A DNA stretch of 64,000 bases from an uncultured Actinomycetes bacterium (GTDB lineage: Bacteria > Actinomycetota > Thermoleophilia > Gaiellales > Gaiellaceae): the NCBI GenBank assembly GCA_963766155.1, contig CAVYAJ010000040.1, forward strand, positions 12,463-76,462. Reading direction: 5' to 3'. Each line of letters begins with the position of its first letter. Position 1 is the first letter of the stretch. Positions 21,228-30,923 of the stretch are shown here, piece by piece. The position numbers and the translations under genes were made by a program. The notes beneath the pieces are model-generated. The model was not told the DNA's origin and made no database searches. It was given only the letters and a program-made list of their open reading frames with translations.

Positions 21228-21465
21228 CTATTCGTTGACGATCTCGAGCTGGACGCGCTCGTTCTGATGAGCGCCGCTCGCGCGCACGATCGTGCGGAGC
21301 GCGCGGGCGATGCGGCCCTGTCGCCCGATCACCTTGCCGACGTCGGCTTCGGCCACCCGCAGCTCGAACACGACCGCGCCGTCGCGCTCGGTGCGCGTGA
21401 CCGTCACCTCGTCGGGGTTGTCGACGAGGCCCTTGGCCAGGTAGTTGACAGGTCTTCCAAAGCTA
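21228..21465 (-). CDS. KH-domain RNA-binding protein (YlqC/UPF0109 family); 5' end uncertain
   Basis: [58 protein letters not shown]...LEIVNE with stop at 21228. The N-terminal residues (ALEDL) lie in the rpsP frame, implying a frame break near 21455. Confidence 0.75.
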
Positions 21466-21469
21466 CGAG

Positions 21470-21706
21470 ATGCCCTTGGGCTTTCATCAGCCGCTTGACG
21501 GAGTCCGTCGGCTGCGCGCCCTTCGAGATCCAGTCCTTCACCTTCGCCTCGTCGATCTCGATGGTCGAGGGCTGCGTCTGCGGGTTGTACCGCCCGACGA
21601 TCTCGATGAACTTGCCGTCGCGCGGCGAGCGTGAGTCGGCGACGACGACCCGGTAGATGGGGTTCTTCTTCGACCCGACGCGGGCCAGTCTGATCTTTGC
21701 TGCCAT
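21470..21706 (-). CDS. rpsP: 30S ribosomal protein S16; 3' end uncertain (no stop in frame before the KH gene)
   Basis: [43 protein letters not shown]. As given, the frame runs on to 21404. Confidence 0.85.
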
Positions 21707-21716
21707 TCGTTCCTTT

Positions 21717-23049
21717 CTAGCGCCTCTGCTGGGCGACTATGGACTGGAGGTTGGGCATCTTGCCCCGCCCCACCTGCTTCATCATCTTCTCCATCTGCTT
21801 GCGCATCTGCAGGACCTGGTTCACCTGCTGGACGGTCGTGCCGCTCCCGGCGGCGATGCGGGCGCGGCGCGGCCCCTTGATGATCTCGGGATTCCGGCGT
21901 TCGTCGGTCGTCATGGAGAGGACGATCGCCTCGACGCGGCCGAGTTGACGCTCGTCCACGTCCACTCCCTGGAGCTGCTTGCCCATCCCCGGGATCATCC
22001 CGAGGACGCTCTTCATCGGACCCATCTTCCGCATCATCTTGTAAGCCTGAAGGAAGTCCTCGAAGGTGAAGCGGCCCTGCATGAGCCGCTTCTCGAGCGC
22101 GGCCTGCTCGTCTTCCTCCGCGGCCGCCTCCGCACGCTCGATGAGAGTAAGGACGTCGCCCATCCCGAGGATCCGGGAGGCCATGCGGTCGGGGTGGAAG
22201 TACTCGAGCTGGTCGAGCTTCTCGCCGGTCGAGGCGAGCTTCACGGGCTTGTCCGTGACCGCCTTGACGGAGAGCGCCGCGCCGCCGCGCGCGTCGCCGT
22301 CGAGCTTCGTGAGGACGATTCCGTCGAAGTCGATCCGCTCCGCGAAGGCCTCGGCGACCGAAACCGCATCCTGGCCGGTCATGGAGTCGAGGACGAGGAG
22401 GATGTTGTGCGGCTTTAGCTCCTTGCGGACGGCGCGCGAGCTCGTTCATGAGCTCCTCGTCGATGTGGAGCCGGCCGGCCGTGTCGACGATGAGGACGTC
22501 GCGTCCCTGCGCGCGGGCCTGGTCGAGGCCCTCTTTCGCCACCTTGACCGCGTCCTTCGTCGAGCGGTCGAGGTAGACCGGGATCTGAATCTGCTTGCCG
22601 AGCTGCTCGAGCTGGTCGATCGCGGCCGGGCGCTGGAGGTCCGCGGCCACGAGCGCCGGCGCTTTCCCTTCCTTGCGGAGGAGCAGCGCGAGCTTGGCCG
22701 CCGCGGTCGTCTTCCCCGAGCCCTGCAGGCCGGCGAGAAGGATGATGGTCGGCGGACGGCCGGAGAACGCGAGCTTCGAGCCTCCCTGGCCCATGATCGC
22801 GGTCAGCTCGTCGTGGACGATCTTGACCACCTGCTGCCCCGGCGTAAGGCTCTTCGTCACCTCGACGCCGGCGGCACGCTCCTTCACGCGCGCGACGAAA
22901 TCCTTGACGACCTGGAAGTTGACGTCCGCCTCGAGGAGGGCGAGGCGGATCTCCCTCATCGCCTTGGCAAGGTCCTCTTCGGACAGCGTTCCATGGCCCC
23001 GGAGGTCGCCGAGGGTCGCTTGCAGCTTGTCGGAAAGCGTGTCAAACAT
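21717..23049 (-). CDS. ffh: Signal recognition particle protein Ffh; frame break near 22425
   Basis: [10 protein letters not shown] start. Contains [23 protein letters not shown] and [11 protein letters not shown] domain [15 protein letters not shown]. Confidence 0.9.
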
Positions 23050-23101
23050 GCCGGTCGGGAAGTGTAGCTGCGGGTCTTTCAATCCCTAACGAAGGAGAGG
23101 C

Positions 23102-23308
23102 ATGGCAGAGATCGCCAAAATCATCCGCGTCATCGGGCAATCGCCTACGAGCTTCGCCGAGGCGACGAAGGTCGCCGTTCAGGAGGCGGGCAAGACGGTG
23201 CGCGACATCCACGGCGCCCACGTCGTCGAGATGAGCGCGGTCGTCGAGAACGACGAGATCACGATGTTCCGCACAACCGTGGACATCGCGTTCGGCGTCG
23301 AGCGCTAG
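23102..23308 (+). CDS. Dodecin family flavin-binding protein
   Basis: Intact 68 aa. IAKIIRVIGQSPTSFAEATKVAVQEAGKTVRDIHGAHVVEM...FRTTVDIAFGVE follows the dodecin pattern (VYKIVELTGSS..S.E.AI..A...A.KT.R......V.E). GAAGGAGAGG Shine-Dalgarno upstream. Confidence 0.75.
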   Translation: MAEIAKIIRVIGQSPTSFAEATKVAVQEAGKTVRDIHGAHVVEMSAVVENDEITMFRTTVDIAFGVER

Positions 23309-23613
23309 ACGGTTCGGGTCGGGAGCTCGGCGAAGACCACTTCGTAGGTCTCGACGGTCGCCCTGATCCCGGTCATCTGCTCCCACGCGTCGAGATGCTG
23401 CTGCACGGCTTCGCCGCTCGCGGCCGCTGTCTCGGCGTCCGTCCAGAGCGTCACGCTCACCGTGCACATGCGCTCGTCGTCGTGGAGGAGGTACGCGCCG
23501 GAGAATCCATCGGTCTGCGTGGCGATCGGGAGGTAGTCCTCCGTGAACCAGTTCCGGCCGATCTCCCAGTTGTCCAGGGAGACGTCCTCGTAGCGCACGA
23601 GCCTCGCATGCAT
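23305..23613 (-). CDS. Hypothetical small protein, possibly ABM/ferredoxin-like fold
   Basis: Intact 102-aa ORF from ATG 23613 (MHARLVRYEDVSLDNWEIGRNWF...CTVSVTLWTDAETAAASGEAVQQHLDAW). Family assignment is a guess from the pattern only. Confidence 0.4.
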   Translation of the reverse strand: MHARLVRYEDVSLDNWEIGRNWFTEDYLPIATQTDGFSGAYLLHDDERMCTVSVTLWTDAETAAASGEAVQQHLDAWEQMTGIRATVETYEVVFAELPTRTV

Positions 23614-23645
23614 GGCCAGAGGGTAAGCCGCGGGGCTCGCCGCGT

Positions 23646-24332
23646 CTAGGTTTCTTGCGAGGTCGGGCGGATGAGCAGCTCGTTCACGTCCACGTGCGGC
23701 GGCTGCGTGACCGCGTAGAGGATCGCGCGCGCGATGTCGTCCGGCTCGAGCGCGCCCTTGGGCGGTGAGTCGAAGAACGGCGTGTCCACGCTGCCCGGCT
23801 CGATGAGCGTGACGCGGACGCCCGTGCCGTTCAGCTCGAGCCGCGCTGCCTCGCCCATCGCCGTCACCGCCCACTTCGTCGCCGAGTAGAGCGAGCCGGG
23901 AAGGGCGCGGCGGCCCGCGACCGAGCCGGTGAGAAGCAGATGGCCCTTGGACTCCTTCAGCGAGGGCAGCGTCGCGCGGATCGTCAGCGCGCAGCCATAC
24001 ACGTTGGTGAGCACCATGCTCTTCCAGAACTCCGGCGTCTCCTCGAGGAAGCCTCGCGTGGCGCCGAAGCCCGCGTTCGCGAGCGCGACGTCCAGTCGGC
24101 CGAAGCGGACGAGCGCCGCCTGGACGAGCGCTTCCTGATCGGCCCACTCGGTCACGTCGCAGCGGATTGCGACCGCCTTCTCGTCGCCGCCCAGCTCCGC
24201 CGCGAGCGCCTCGAGCTTGTCGATGCTCCGCGCGCCGAGGACGACGCGATAGCCATCCTCCACGGCGCGCCGCGCGGTCGCCTCGCCGATGCCGCTCGAA
24301 GCCCCCGTGATGAGGAAGACCTTCTCCGCCAC
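23646..24332 (-). CDS. Short-chain dehydrogenase/reductase (SDR)
   Basis: Intact from GTG 24332. Contains ITGASSGIGEATARR (TGxxxGIG), NAG and YSATKWAV (YxxxK). Confidence 0.85.
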   Translation of the reverse strand: MAEKVFLITGASSGIGEATARRAVEDGYRVVLGARSIDKLEALAAELGGDEKAVAIRCDVTEWADQEALVQAALVRFGRLDVALANAGFGATRGFLEETPEFWKSMVLTNVYGCALTIRATLPSLKESKGHLLLTGSVAGRRALPGSLYSATKWAVTAMGEAARLELNGTGVRVTLIEPGSVDTPFFDSPPKGALEPDDIARAILYAVTQPPHVDVNELLIRPTSQET

Positions 24333-24342
24333 GGGCAGCAGC

Positions 24343-25302
24343 CTAGTCGGCAGAGACCAGCGCCCGCGCGAACTCGCCCGCGTCGAAGGGCTGCAGATCG
24401 TCGAGGGACTCCCCGACGCCGACCAGCTTGACCGGGAGGCCGAGCTCGTGGGCGATCGCGACTGCGATCCCGCCCTTCGCGCTTCCGTCGAGCTTCGTGA
24501 GCGCGACGCCGGAGACCTGCACGGCCTCGCCGAAGAGCCGTGCCTGCTGGAGCCCGTTCTGGCCGGTGGTCGCGTCGACGACGAGCAGGGTCTCGTGCGG
24601 GGCGCCTTCAAGCCGCTGCGCGATCACGCGCCTGATCTTGGCGAGCTCCTCCATGAGGTTCGTCTGCGTGTGCAGTCGGCCGGCCGTGTCGACGATGACG
24701 ATGTCGCGCCCGCGCGACTGCGCGGCCTCGATCGCGTCGAAGGCGACGGCCGCGGGATCGGCGCCGTGCGTGGAGCCGACGAAGTCGGCCCCGGCCCGGT
24801 CCGCCCAGATCTCGAGTTGCTCGTCCGCGGCCGCGCGGAAGGTGTCCGCGGCGGCGACTACGACGGAATGGCCGTGGTCGCGGAGGCGAGACGCCAACTT
24901 GCCGATGGTCGTCGTCTTCCCGGTGCCGTTGACGCCGACCACGAGGATCACCGTCGGCTCATCGCCCAAAGCCAGGCGGCGGCCGCCGTCCACGTTCATC
25001 ATCTCCTCGACGAGCTCCTGGAGGCCCTGGACGAGCTCGCCCTCGTTGGCCGGCTCCCGCGCCTCGAGCTGCTGGACGAGCTCGACGGTGGCGGGCACGC
25101 CGACGTCCGCGCGGATCAGCGCCTCCTCGACCCGCTCCCACGAGTCCGCGTCGGCCGGGTTGAAGAAGAGCTCCTGGGTGAGCGCCTTGCGGCTGCCGGC
25201 AAGGGACTCACGGAGGCGTCCCAGCCAGCCGCGGCGGCCCTCCTCCTCGTCTCCCCCGTCCGGCTCGGCGTCGTCGCCGAGAAACTCGGCCCAGCTCGTC
25301 AC
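24343..25302 (-). CDS. ftsY: Signal recognition particle receptor FtsY
   Basis: Intact. Contains GVNGTGKTTTIGKLA, DTAGRL and TKLDGSAKGG. Confidence 0.95.
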   Translation of the reverse strand: MTSWAEFLGDDAEPDGGDEEEGRRGWLGRLRESLAGSRKALTQELFFNPADADSWERVEEALIRADVGVPATVELVQQLEAREPANEGELVQGLQELVEEMMNVDGGRRLALGDEPTVILVVGVNGTGKTTTIGKLASRLRDHGHSVVVAAADTFRAAADEQLEIWADRAGADFVGSTHGADPAAVAFDAIEAAQSRGRDIVIVDTAGRLHTQTNLMEELAKIRRVIAQRLEGAPHETLLVVDATTGQNGLQQARLFGEAVQVSGVALTKLDGSAKGGIAVAIAHELGLPVKLVGVGESLDDLQPFDAGEFARALVSAD

Positions 25303-27469
25303 GCCGAGAGCGCGTGCAGACTCTCGGGCTCTCCGGCCAGCCTCTTCGACACGATCTGGGAGACCCCGTCAGCGCCCATCGTCACGCCGTAGAGGATATC
25401 GGCGGCCTCCATCGTCCTCTTCTGGTGTGTGACGACGATGAACTGCGCCCGCTCCGAGAACTGTCTGAGCAGCTCGACGAAGCGACCGATGTTCGTGTCG
25501 TCGAGGGCGGCCTCGACCTCATCAAGAAGGTAGAAGGGGCACGGGCGGGCGAGGAAGAGTGCGAAGAGGAACGAGATCGCGCCGAGAGCCTTCTCGCCTC
25601 CCGAGAGGAGGGAGAGACGCGTCACGCGCTTGCCCGCCGGTTGGAGCTCGACCTCGATGCCCGCCTCTTCGCCTTCCTCGTCGCCGTCGCGGCGGACGAG
25701 CCTCCCCGTCCCGCCTGGGAAGAGCGTGCCGGCCACCTCGGCGAAATGGTGCTCGACGGCGGCGTAGGTGTCCTCGAAGAGCCGCTCGACGGTTGCGGTC
25801 AGGTCGTCGCGAAGCCTCGCCAGCTCCTCGAGCGAGCGCTCGAGATCCTCGCGCTGCGTCGTGAGCTCTTCGAGGCGCTCCTTCTCGCGCGCGTGCTCCT
25901 CCGCCGCGAGCGGGTTCACCTGGCCGAGTGTCTCGCGCCGGCGCTCGAGCCGCTCGATCTGCGCCTTCAGCTCGTCGACCTCCTCGTCCGTGAGGGCCGC
26001 CGCCTCGCCGCCCTCCGGGAGACGCGCCAGCACGTCTTCGCGCTCCCGGGTCAGTCCAGCGGCTTCGACGCGCGATCGCCGAGAGCTTCTCCCCGGCCTC
26101 TGTCGCGGCCCGCCGGAGCTCCGCTTCGCGCGCGCCGAGTGCCCTGAGTTCCTCTCCGAGCTCGCCGGAGCGGCTCCCGCCCGCGTCGACCCGCGCCCGC
26201 AGCGATGGCTCGAAGCGAAGCGCGCTCTGCGCGGCAGCGTCGAGGATCGCGGCGACCGCTTCCGCCCGCTCGGCGAGCTGGAGCAAGAAGCCCGAATCGG
26301 CACGCGGCTCCGGCCGGGCCTTCGCTTGGGCGCCGGAGGAGAACCAGAGCTGGTCGCCCGCCAGCACCGCGACGGCATCCAGGCCCGCCGCTTGCGCGAG
26401 CTCGAGGCGCTCGCCCGCCTCGGAGGCCTCCCCGACCTCGGCGCGATCCCAGGCGGAAGCCGCTGCCAGCGTCTTCTCGAAGGTGGAAGCGGGAGGAGGG
26501 GCAACCGGTCGCGCCGCGTCGGCGCGGAGGGCTCGCGCAGTCTCCTCGGCGCGCTCCCGCCTGAGCTCGACGCGCTCGATCGCGCTTCGGAGCCGGTACA
26601 GCGCGGCGGTGGCCTCTTCGTGCTTGCCCGCCGCCTCGGCGAGCTCCTCCTCGGCGCGATGGCGCTCGGCGAGCAGGCCGCTCAGCGTGTCGTCTCGGCG
26701 CTTGCGCTCGAGCTCGGCCGCGCTCTTCCGCTCCTCGACCTCGGCGAGCCGCTGCTCGATGCGCTCGAGCTCGGCCGAGGCAATGCGGCCGCGGAGCCCG
26801 CCGAGCTCGACGCCAAGCTTCTCTGCCCGCTCGGCGGCAGACGCCTGCAAGGCAAGCGGCCGCAGTCGCTTGCGCACCTCGTCTTCGAGGTCGCGCGCAC
26901 GTTCCGCCTGGATCTGCGACGCGGGCGAGCTTCAGCTCGGCGCGATGGCGGCGGCGCTTGAACTTGCCGAGACCGGCGGCCTCCTCGATCAGCGCGCGCC
27001 GCTCGGCCGGCTTGGAGGAGAGGATCTGCTCGACCCGGCCCTGGCCGATGATGGAGTGCATCTCACCGCCGAGCCCGATGTCGGCCAGCATCTCGACGAC
27101 ATCGGTGCGGCGCACGTGGGCGCGGTTGACGAAGTACTCGCCCTCGCCGCCGCGGTGGAGCCGGCGCGCGATGGAGAGCTCGGAGAACTCCAGCGGGCCG
27201 TCGCCGTCCTCGTTGTCGAAGAGGAGCTCCACCTCGGCGAAGGACGCGGGCTCGCGGCCGTTACCGCCTGCGTAGAGGACGTCGTCGGGTTTCTCGGCGC
27301 GGAGCTCGCTGGGGCTCAGGCTCCCGGCGGCCCAGACGATCGCGTCCGAGACGTTCGACTTGCCCGAGCCGTTCGGGCCGACGACCACGGCCACGCCTGG
27401 CTCGAGGCGCACCTCGACCGGGTCGGGAAACGACTTGAAGCCGCGCAGCTTGATCGCACGCAGATGCAC
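25299..27469 (-). CDS. smc: Chromosome partition protein SMC, unusually short (~720 codons); frame breaks near 26070 and 26930
   Basis: N-terminal head VHLRAIKLRGFKSFPDPV...VGPNGSGKSNVSDAI. C-terminal head LSLLSGGEKALGAISFLFALFLARPCPFYLLDEVEAALD...VVTHQKRTM. Ala/Glu/Arg-rich coiled-coil segments lie in between. Conserved rnc-smc-ftsY neighbourhood. Confidence 0.8.
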
Positions 27470-27509
27470 GCGCTGCGCAGTCTGACGATCAGGACGGACG
27501 GGCCGCAGG

Positions 27510-27860
27510 TCAGTACGTGAGCGTGGTCTCCGCCCAGACGGCAAGCTCGACGAGCTTCTGCGGAGGCGCGAGCTCGAAGCCCTCGCCGCCCTCGATTCCG
27601 CGCGCCTTGCTCGACATTCCGGAAAGGAACACCGTGAGGCCCGCGTCCCGCAGAGCGGCGAGGTGCTCCGCCACCGAGCCCGTGCCGAGACCATTCGTCG
27701 CGTCGGCGGTCTCCGGGTTCGCCAGATTGACACCGTCGCCCGCGAGGAACACCTGCACCTCGTGCCCTTCCTCGGCAGCCGTCTTGGCTATGAGAAGTGC
27801 GAGGGCTGCTCTCGTGGGGTCGTCCGGGCCCGTCGCCGAATGGACGAGAATCCGCGCCAT
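27510..27860 (-). CDS. DsrE/DsrF-like family protein
   Basis: Intact 116 aa. MARILVHSATGPDDPTRAALALLIAKTAAEEGHEVQVFLAGDGVNLA follows the DsrE-like N-terminal pattern. No conserved Cys at the usual position (VFLSGMSSKARG). Confidence 0.55.
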   Translation of the reverse strand: MARILVHSATGPDDPTRAALALLIAKTAAEEGHEVQVFLAGDGVNLANPETADATNGLGTGSVAEHLAALRDAGLTVFLSGMSSKARGIEGGEGFELAPPQKLVELAVWAETTLTY

Positions 27861-27890
27861 GTCGTTTGTCCTCCGTCTCGTGGTGACCGC

Positions 27891-28544
27891 ATGATTCTCC
27901 ACGACATGCACACGGAGGACGAAAAGCGCATCGCAGCCGAGTCGGCGGCTCTCCTCGTCGAGGACGGGATGACGGTCGGCCTCGGCACCGGCTCGACCGT
28001 CGCTTACCTCCTTCCCGCCCTCGCGCGCGAGGCCTGACGCTTCGCTGTGTTGCGACGTCGGTGCGGCACGGAGGAACAGGCGCGCTCCGCCGGTCTCCCC
28101 GTCGAGCCGTTCGAGGGAATCGCCCGGCTCGACATCGCCGTCGACGGCGCCGACCAGATCGCCCCTGATGGCTGGATCGTGAAGGGCGGAGGCGCCGCGC
28201 ACACGCGCGAGAAAGTCGTCGCCGCCTCGTCCGACCGCTTCGTCGTCATCGCCTCCTCCGACAAGCTCGTCGAGACGATCGCGCCGCCGATCCCCCTCGA
28301 GCTCCTCCCCTACGGCCTGGACGCGACGCTCGCCCGCCTCGGCGAGGTCGAGCTCCGCGACGTGCCTCCGAGCCCCGACGGCGGCGTCATCGCCGACTAC
28401 CTCGGGCCCGTGGAGGATCCCGCCGCGGTCGCAGCCTGGCTCTCCGCCACCGCGGGGGTCGTCGACCACGGCCTCTTCCCGCCGGAGCTCACGAGCGACG
28501 TCCTCGTGGGCCGCGGAGACGAGGTCGAGCGCCTGGCGCTCTAG
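27891..28544 (+). CDS. rpiA: Ribose-5-phosphate isomerase A; frame breaks near 28033 and 28068
   Basis: Contains GLGTGSTVAYLLPALA, DIAVDGADQI and KGGGAAHTREK. The C-terminus lies in the 28047..28544 frame. Confidence 0.85.
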
Positions 28545-29225
28545 TCGACGCCGAGCTTTTCGAGCGCCTGGCGGGCCGCGGCCTGCTCGGCCGCCTTCTT
28601 CGAGGCTCCCGTCCCCACTCCGACCTGCTCCTCGTCGATGACCGCCGCGCAGGTGAACGTGCGGTCGTGGGGAGGCCCTTCGACCTCGAGCACGGAGTAG
28701 GAGACCGTCTTCCCGCGGCGCGCAAGCTCTTCCTGAAGCTCGGTCTTGAAGTCCACATGCCCCTCGAGTGCATACTCGATCCTGTCGGTGAACACGGCGA
28801 CGATCGGGCCCCGGATCGGCTCGAAGCCATGCTCGAGGTAGAGCGCTCCGAGGCACGCCTCCACGAGGGCGGCAAGGACATTGCGGTTCACCGACAGGCG
28901 CTGCAGCTCGTCGGCATCCCCCTCGCTGCCGCCGTGCTCGAGGAGACGCTGGCCGAGCTCGAGGCGCCGGCCCACGACGGCGCAGCTCTGCCGCGAGACG
29001 ACATGGGCGCGGAGCTTCGCGAGCGTCCCCTCCTGCGAGTCGGGAAACCGCTCGTAGAGCTCCTGCGCGATGGCGAGCCCGAGGACGCTGTCCCCGAGGA
29101 ACTCGAGTCGTTCGTAGGAATCCGCCCGGTCGGCCGCCCACGACGCATGCGTGAAGGCGTTGCGGAGGCGCTCCGCGGGCAGGGAGTCGATCAGTTGGAG
29201 GAGGTCGGCGTCGGGGCTCGCGGCC
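28541..29225 (-). CDS. rnc: Ribonuclease III; 5' end uncertain (no canonical start in frame)
   Basis: Contains LRNAFTHASW and the signature ERLEFLGDSVLGLAIAQELY. dsRBD GTGASKKAAEQAAARQALEKL. The frame is open upstream of GTG 28975 but has no ATG/GTG/TTG between it and the acpP stop. Confidence 0.85.
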
Positions 29226-29234
29226 CCGCCCTCG

Positions 29235-29480
29235 TTACTGGTGGGACGAGATGTAGTCGACGGCCTGTCCGACAGTCGTGATCTGCTGGGCGTCCTCGTC
29301 CGAGATCTTGATCCCGAACTGATCCTCGAGCTCCATGATCAGCTCGACGAGATCGAGCGAGTCAGCGTCGAGATCCTCCTGGAACGAAGCCTCTTCGGTG
29401 ATCTCGTTCGCGTCGACACCGAGTTGCTCGACCAGCACTTCTTTGACCCTTTCGGCGACCTCTTCGCGCGAAGCTGCCAT
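29235..29480 (-). CDS. acpP: Acyl carrier protein
   Basis: Intact 81 aa. The phosphopantetheine site is in [21 protein letters not shown]. Confidence 0.95.
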   Translation of the reverse strand: MAASREEVAERVKEVLVEQLGVDANEITEEASFQEDLDADSLDLVELIMELEDQFGIKISDEDAQQITTVGQAVDYISSHQ

Positions 29481-29538
29481 CTCGCTCTCGTACCTGCCTT
29501 TCTCTCTGTGGCCCAGCGGGACGGCGGATGCTACCACG

Positions 29539-30529
29539 CTACCCCGGGGCTGCCGCAACCTCTTCTTCGAGGCGTGCGGCCACGCGCTCGACGACGTTTC
29601 CGGCCGCGCCCTGCGCGCCGAGGCCGATCGCGTTGGCAATCGCCGTGCGCGAACTGGAGCCGTGGGCGATGACCACGAGGCCTCGCAGCCCCAGCAGATA
29701 GGCGCCGCCGTAGGTGTCCGGGTCGAGCCGCTTGCGCAAGCCACGGGCAGCGGGGCGGATGAGGAGGCCGCCAAGCTTCCCGCGCGGGCTCGCCTCGATC
29801 TCCTTTCGGAATTCGTCGAGGAGCGTCTTGATCGTCCCCTCCATGAGCTTGAGCGCCATGTTCCCCGTGAAGCCGTCGCAGACGACCACGTCGGCTGCGT
29901 GCGCGAGCAACTCACGGCTCTCGACGTTGCCGACGAAGTCGAGATGGCTGGCCTCGAGGACCGGATGCGTCTCGCGGACGAGACGGTTCCCCTTCTCCGG
30001 CTCCTCGCCGATGGAGAGGAGGGCGACGTTCGGGTCGGCGATGCCCAGGATCTCCTCGGCGAAGACGGAGCCCATGTGCCCGAACTGGACGAGGTGCTCC
30101 GGGCGAGCGTCGGCATTCGCGCCCGCGTCGATCAGCACCGACGTGCCGCCGATAGACGGGAGCGGCACAGCGATCGCCGGCCGGTGCGACGTCCGGAAGC
30201 CGGCGGATCTCGAGGAGCCCCGCTGCCAGCATCGCGCCCGTGTTCCCCGCAGAGACGACGGCCTGCGCGTCGCCCTCGCCGACCGCGCGGCAGGCGGCGA
30301 ACATCGAGCTTTCGCGCTTCTCGCGCGCCGCGTCGGCGGGCTTTTCGTCCATCGCGACGATGTCGTCGGCGTGAACGATCTCAAGGCCCTCCGCGAGCGG
30401 CTCGATGACTTCTTGCCGGCCGAAAAGCACGGGCTCGACGCTGTCCGAGGCCGCCGCGAGCGCGCCCGCCACGATCTCCTCCGGCGCTCGATCGCCGCCC
30501 ATCGCGTCGACGGCGACCCGGATCTTCAT
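29539..30529 (-). CDS. plsX: Phosphate acyltransferase PlsX; frame break near 30190
   Basis: Contains [45 protein letters not shown] and VIAHGSS. Confidence 0.9.
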
Positions 30530-30532
30530 GCT

Positions 30533-30721
30533 CTACGGGGCGGGCGTCTCGAGCGGCTCGACTTCACGACCGCGGTAGGTCCCGCAGGTCGGGCAGACAT
30601 GGTGGGGCCGCTTCGGCTGATGGCACTGCGGGCACTCGACGACGACGGGCGTCGAGAGCTTGTGCGTCGCGCGCCGCTTGTCGCGGCGGGACTTGGAGGT
30701 TTTTCGCTTGGGGACTGCCAT
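30533..30721 (-). CDS. rpmF: 50S ribosomal protein L32
   Basis: Intact. MAVPKRKTSKSRRDKRRATH with a CxxC...CxxC Zn ribbon. Confidence 0.95.
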   Translation of the reverse strand: MAVPKRKTSKSRRDKRRATHKLSTPVVVECPQCHQPKRPHHVCPTCGTYRGREVEPLETPAP

Positions 30722-30884
30722 GGGCCGCGGCTGAGTATAGCCAGAGCCTCAACGGGATCGGGGGAGCCTGTCACTAGCCGTTCTGGGGTGGCGCTCGCCA
30801 AGGAGGCAAGCGAGCAGGCCCGAGACAGTACGTTGGGTACGGCGAGGGACTGCGAGCGCAGTTTCCTGCCGCGAGCGCCGCCAG

Positions 30885-30923
30885 GCGGGGGCGGAGCCGG
30901 GCTTCGCCCGGCGGGAGCCCCGC
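30885..30923 (-). terminator. GC-rich stem-loop in the yceD-rpmF spacer (possible terminator/attenuator or processing site)
   Basis: Core GCCGGGC-TTC-GCCCGGC (30896-30912) is flanked by GCGGGG/CCCCGC outer arms (30885-30890 / 30918-30923). There is no U-tract. Confidence 0.3.
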
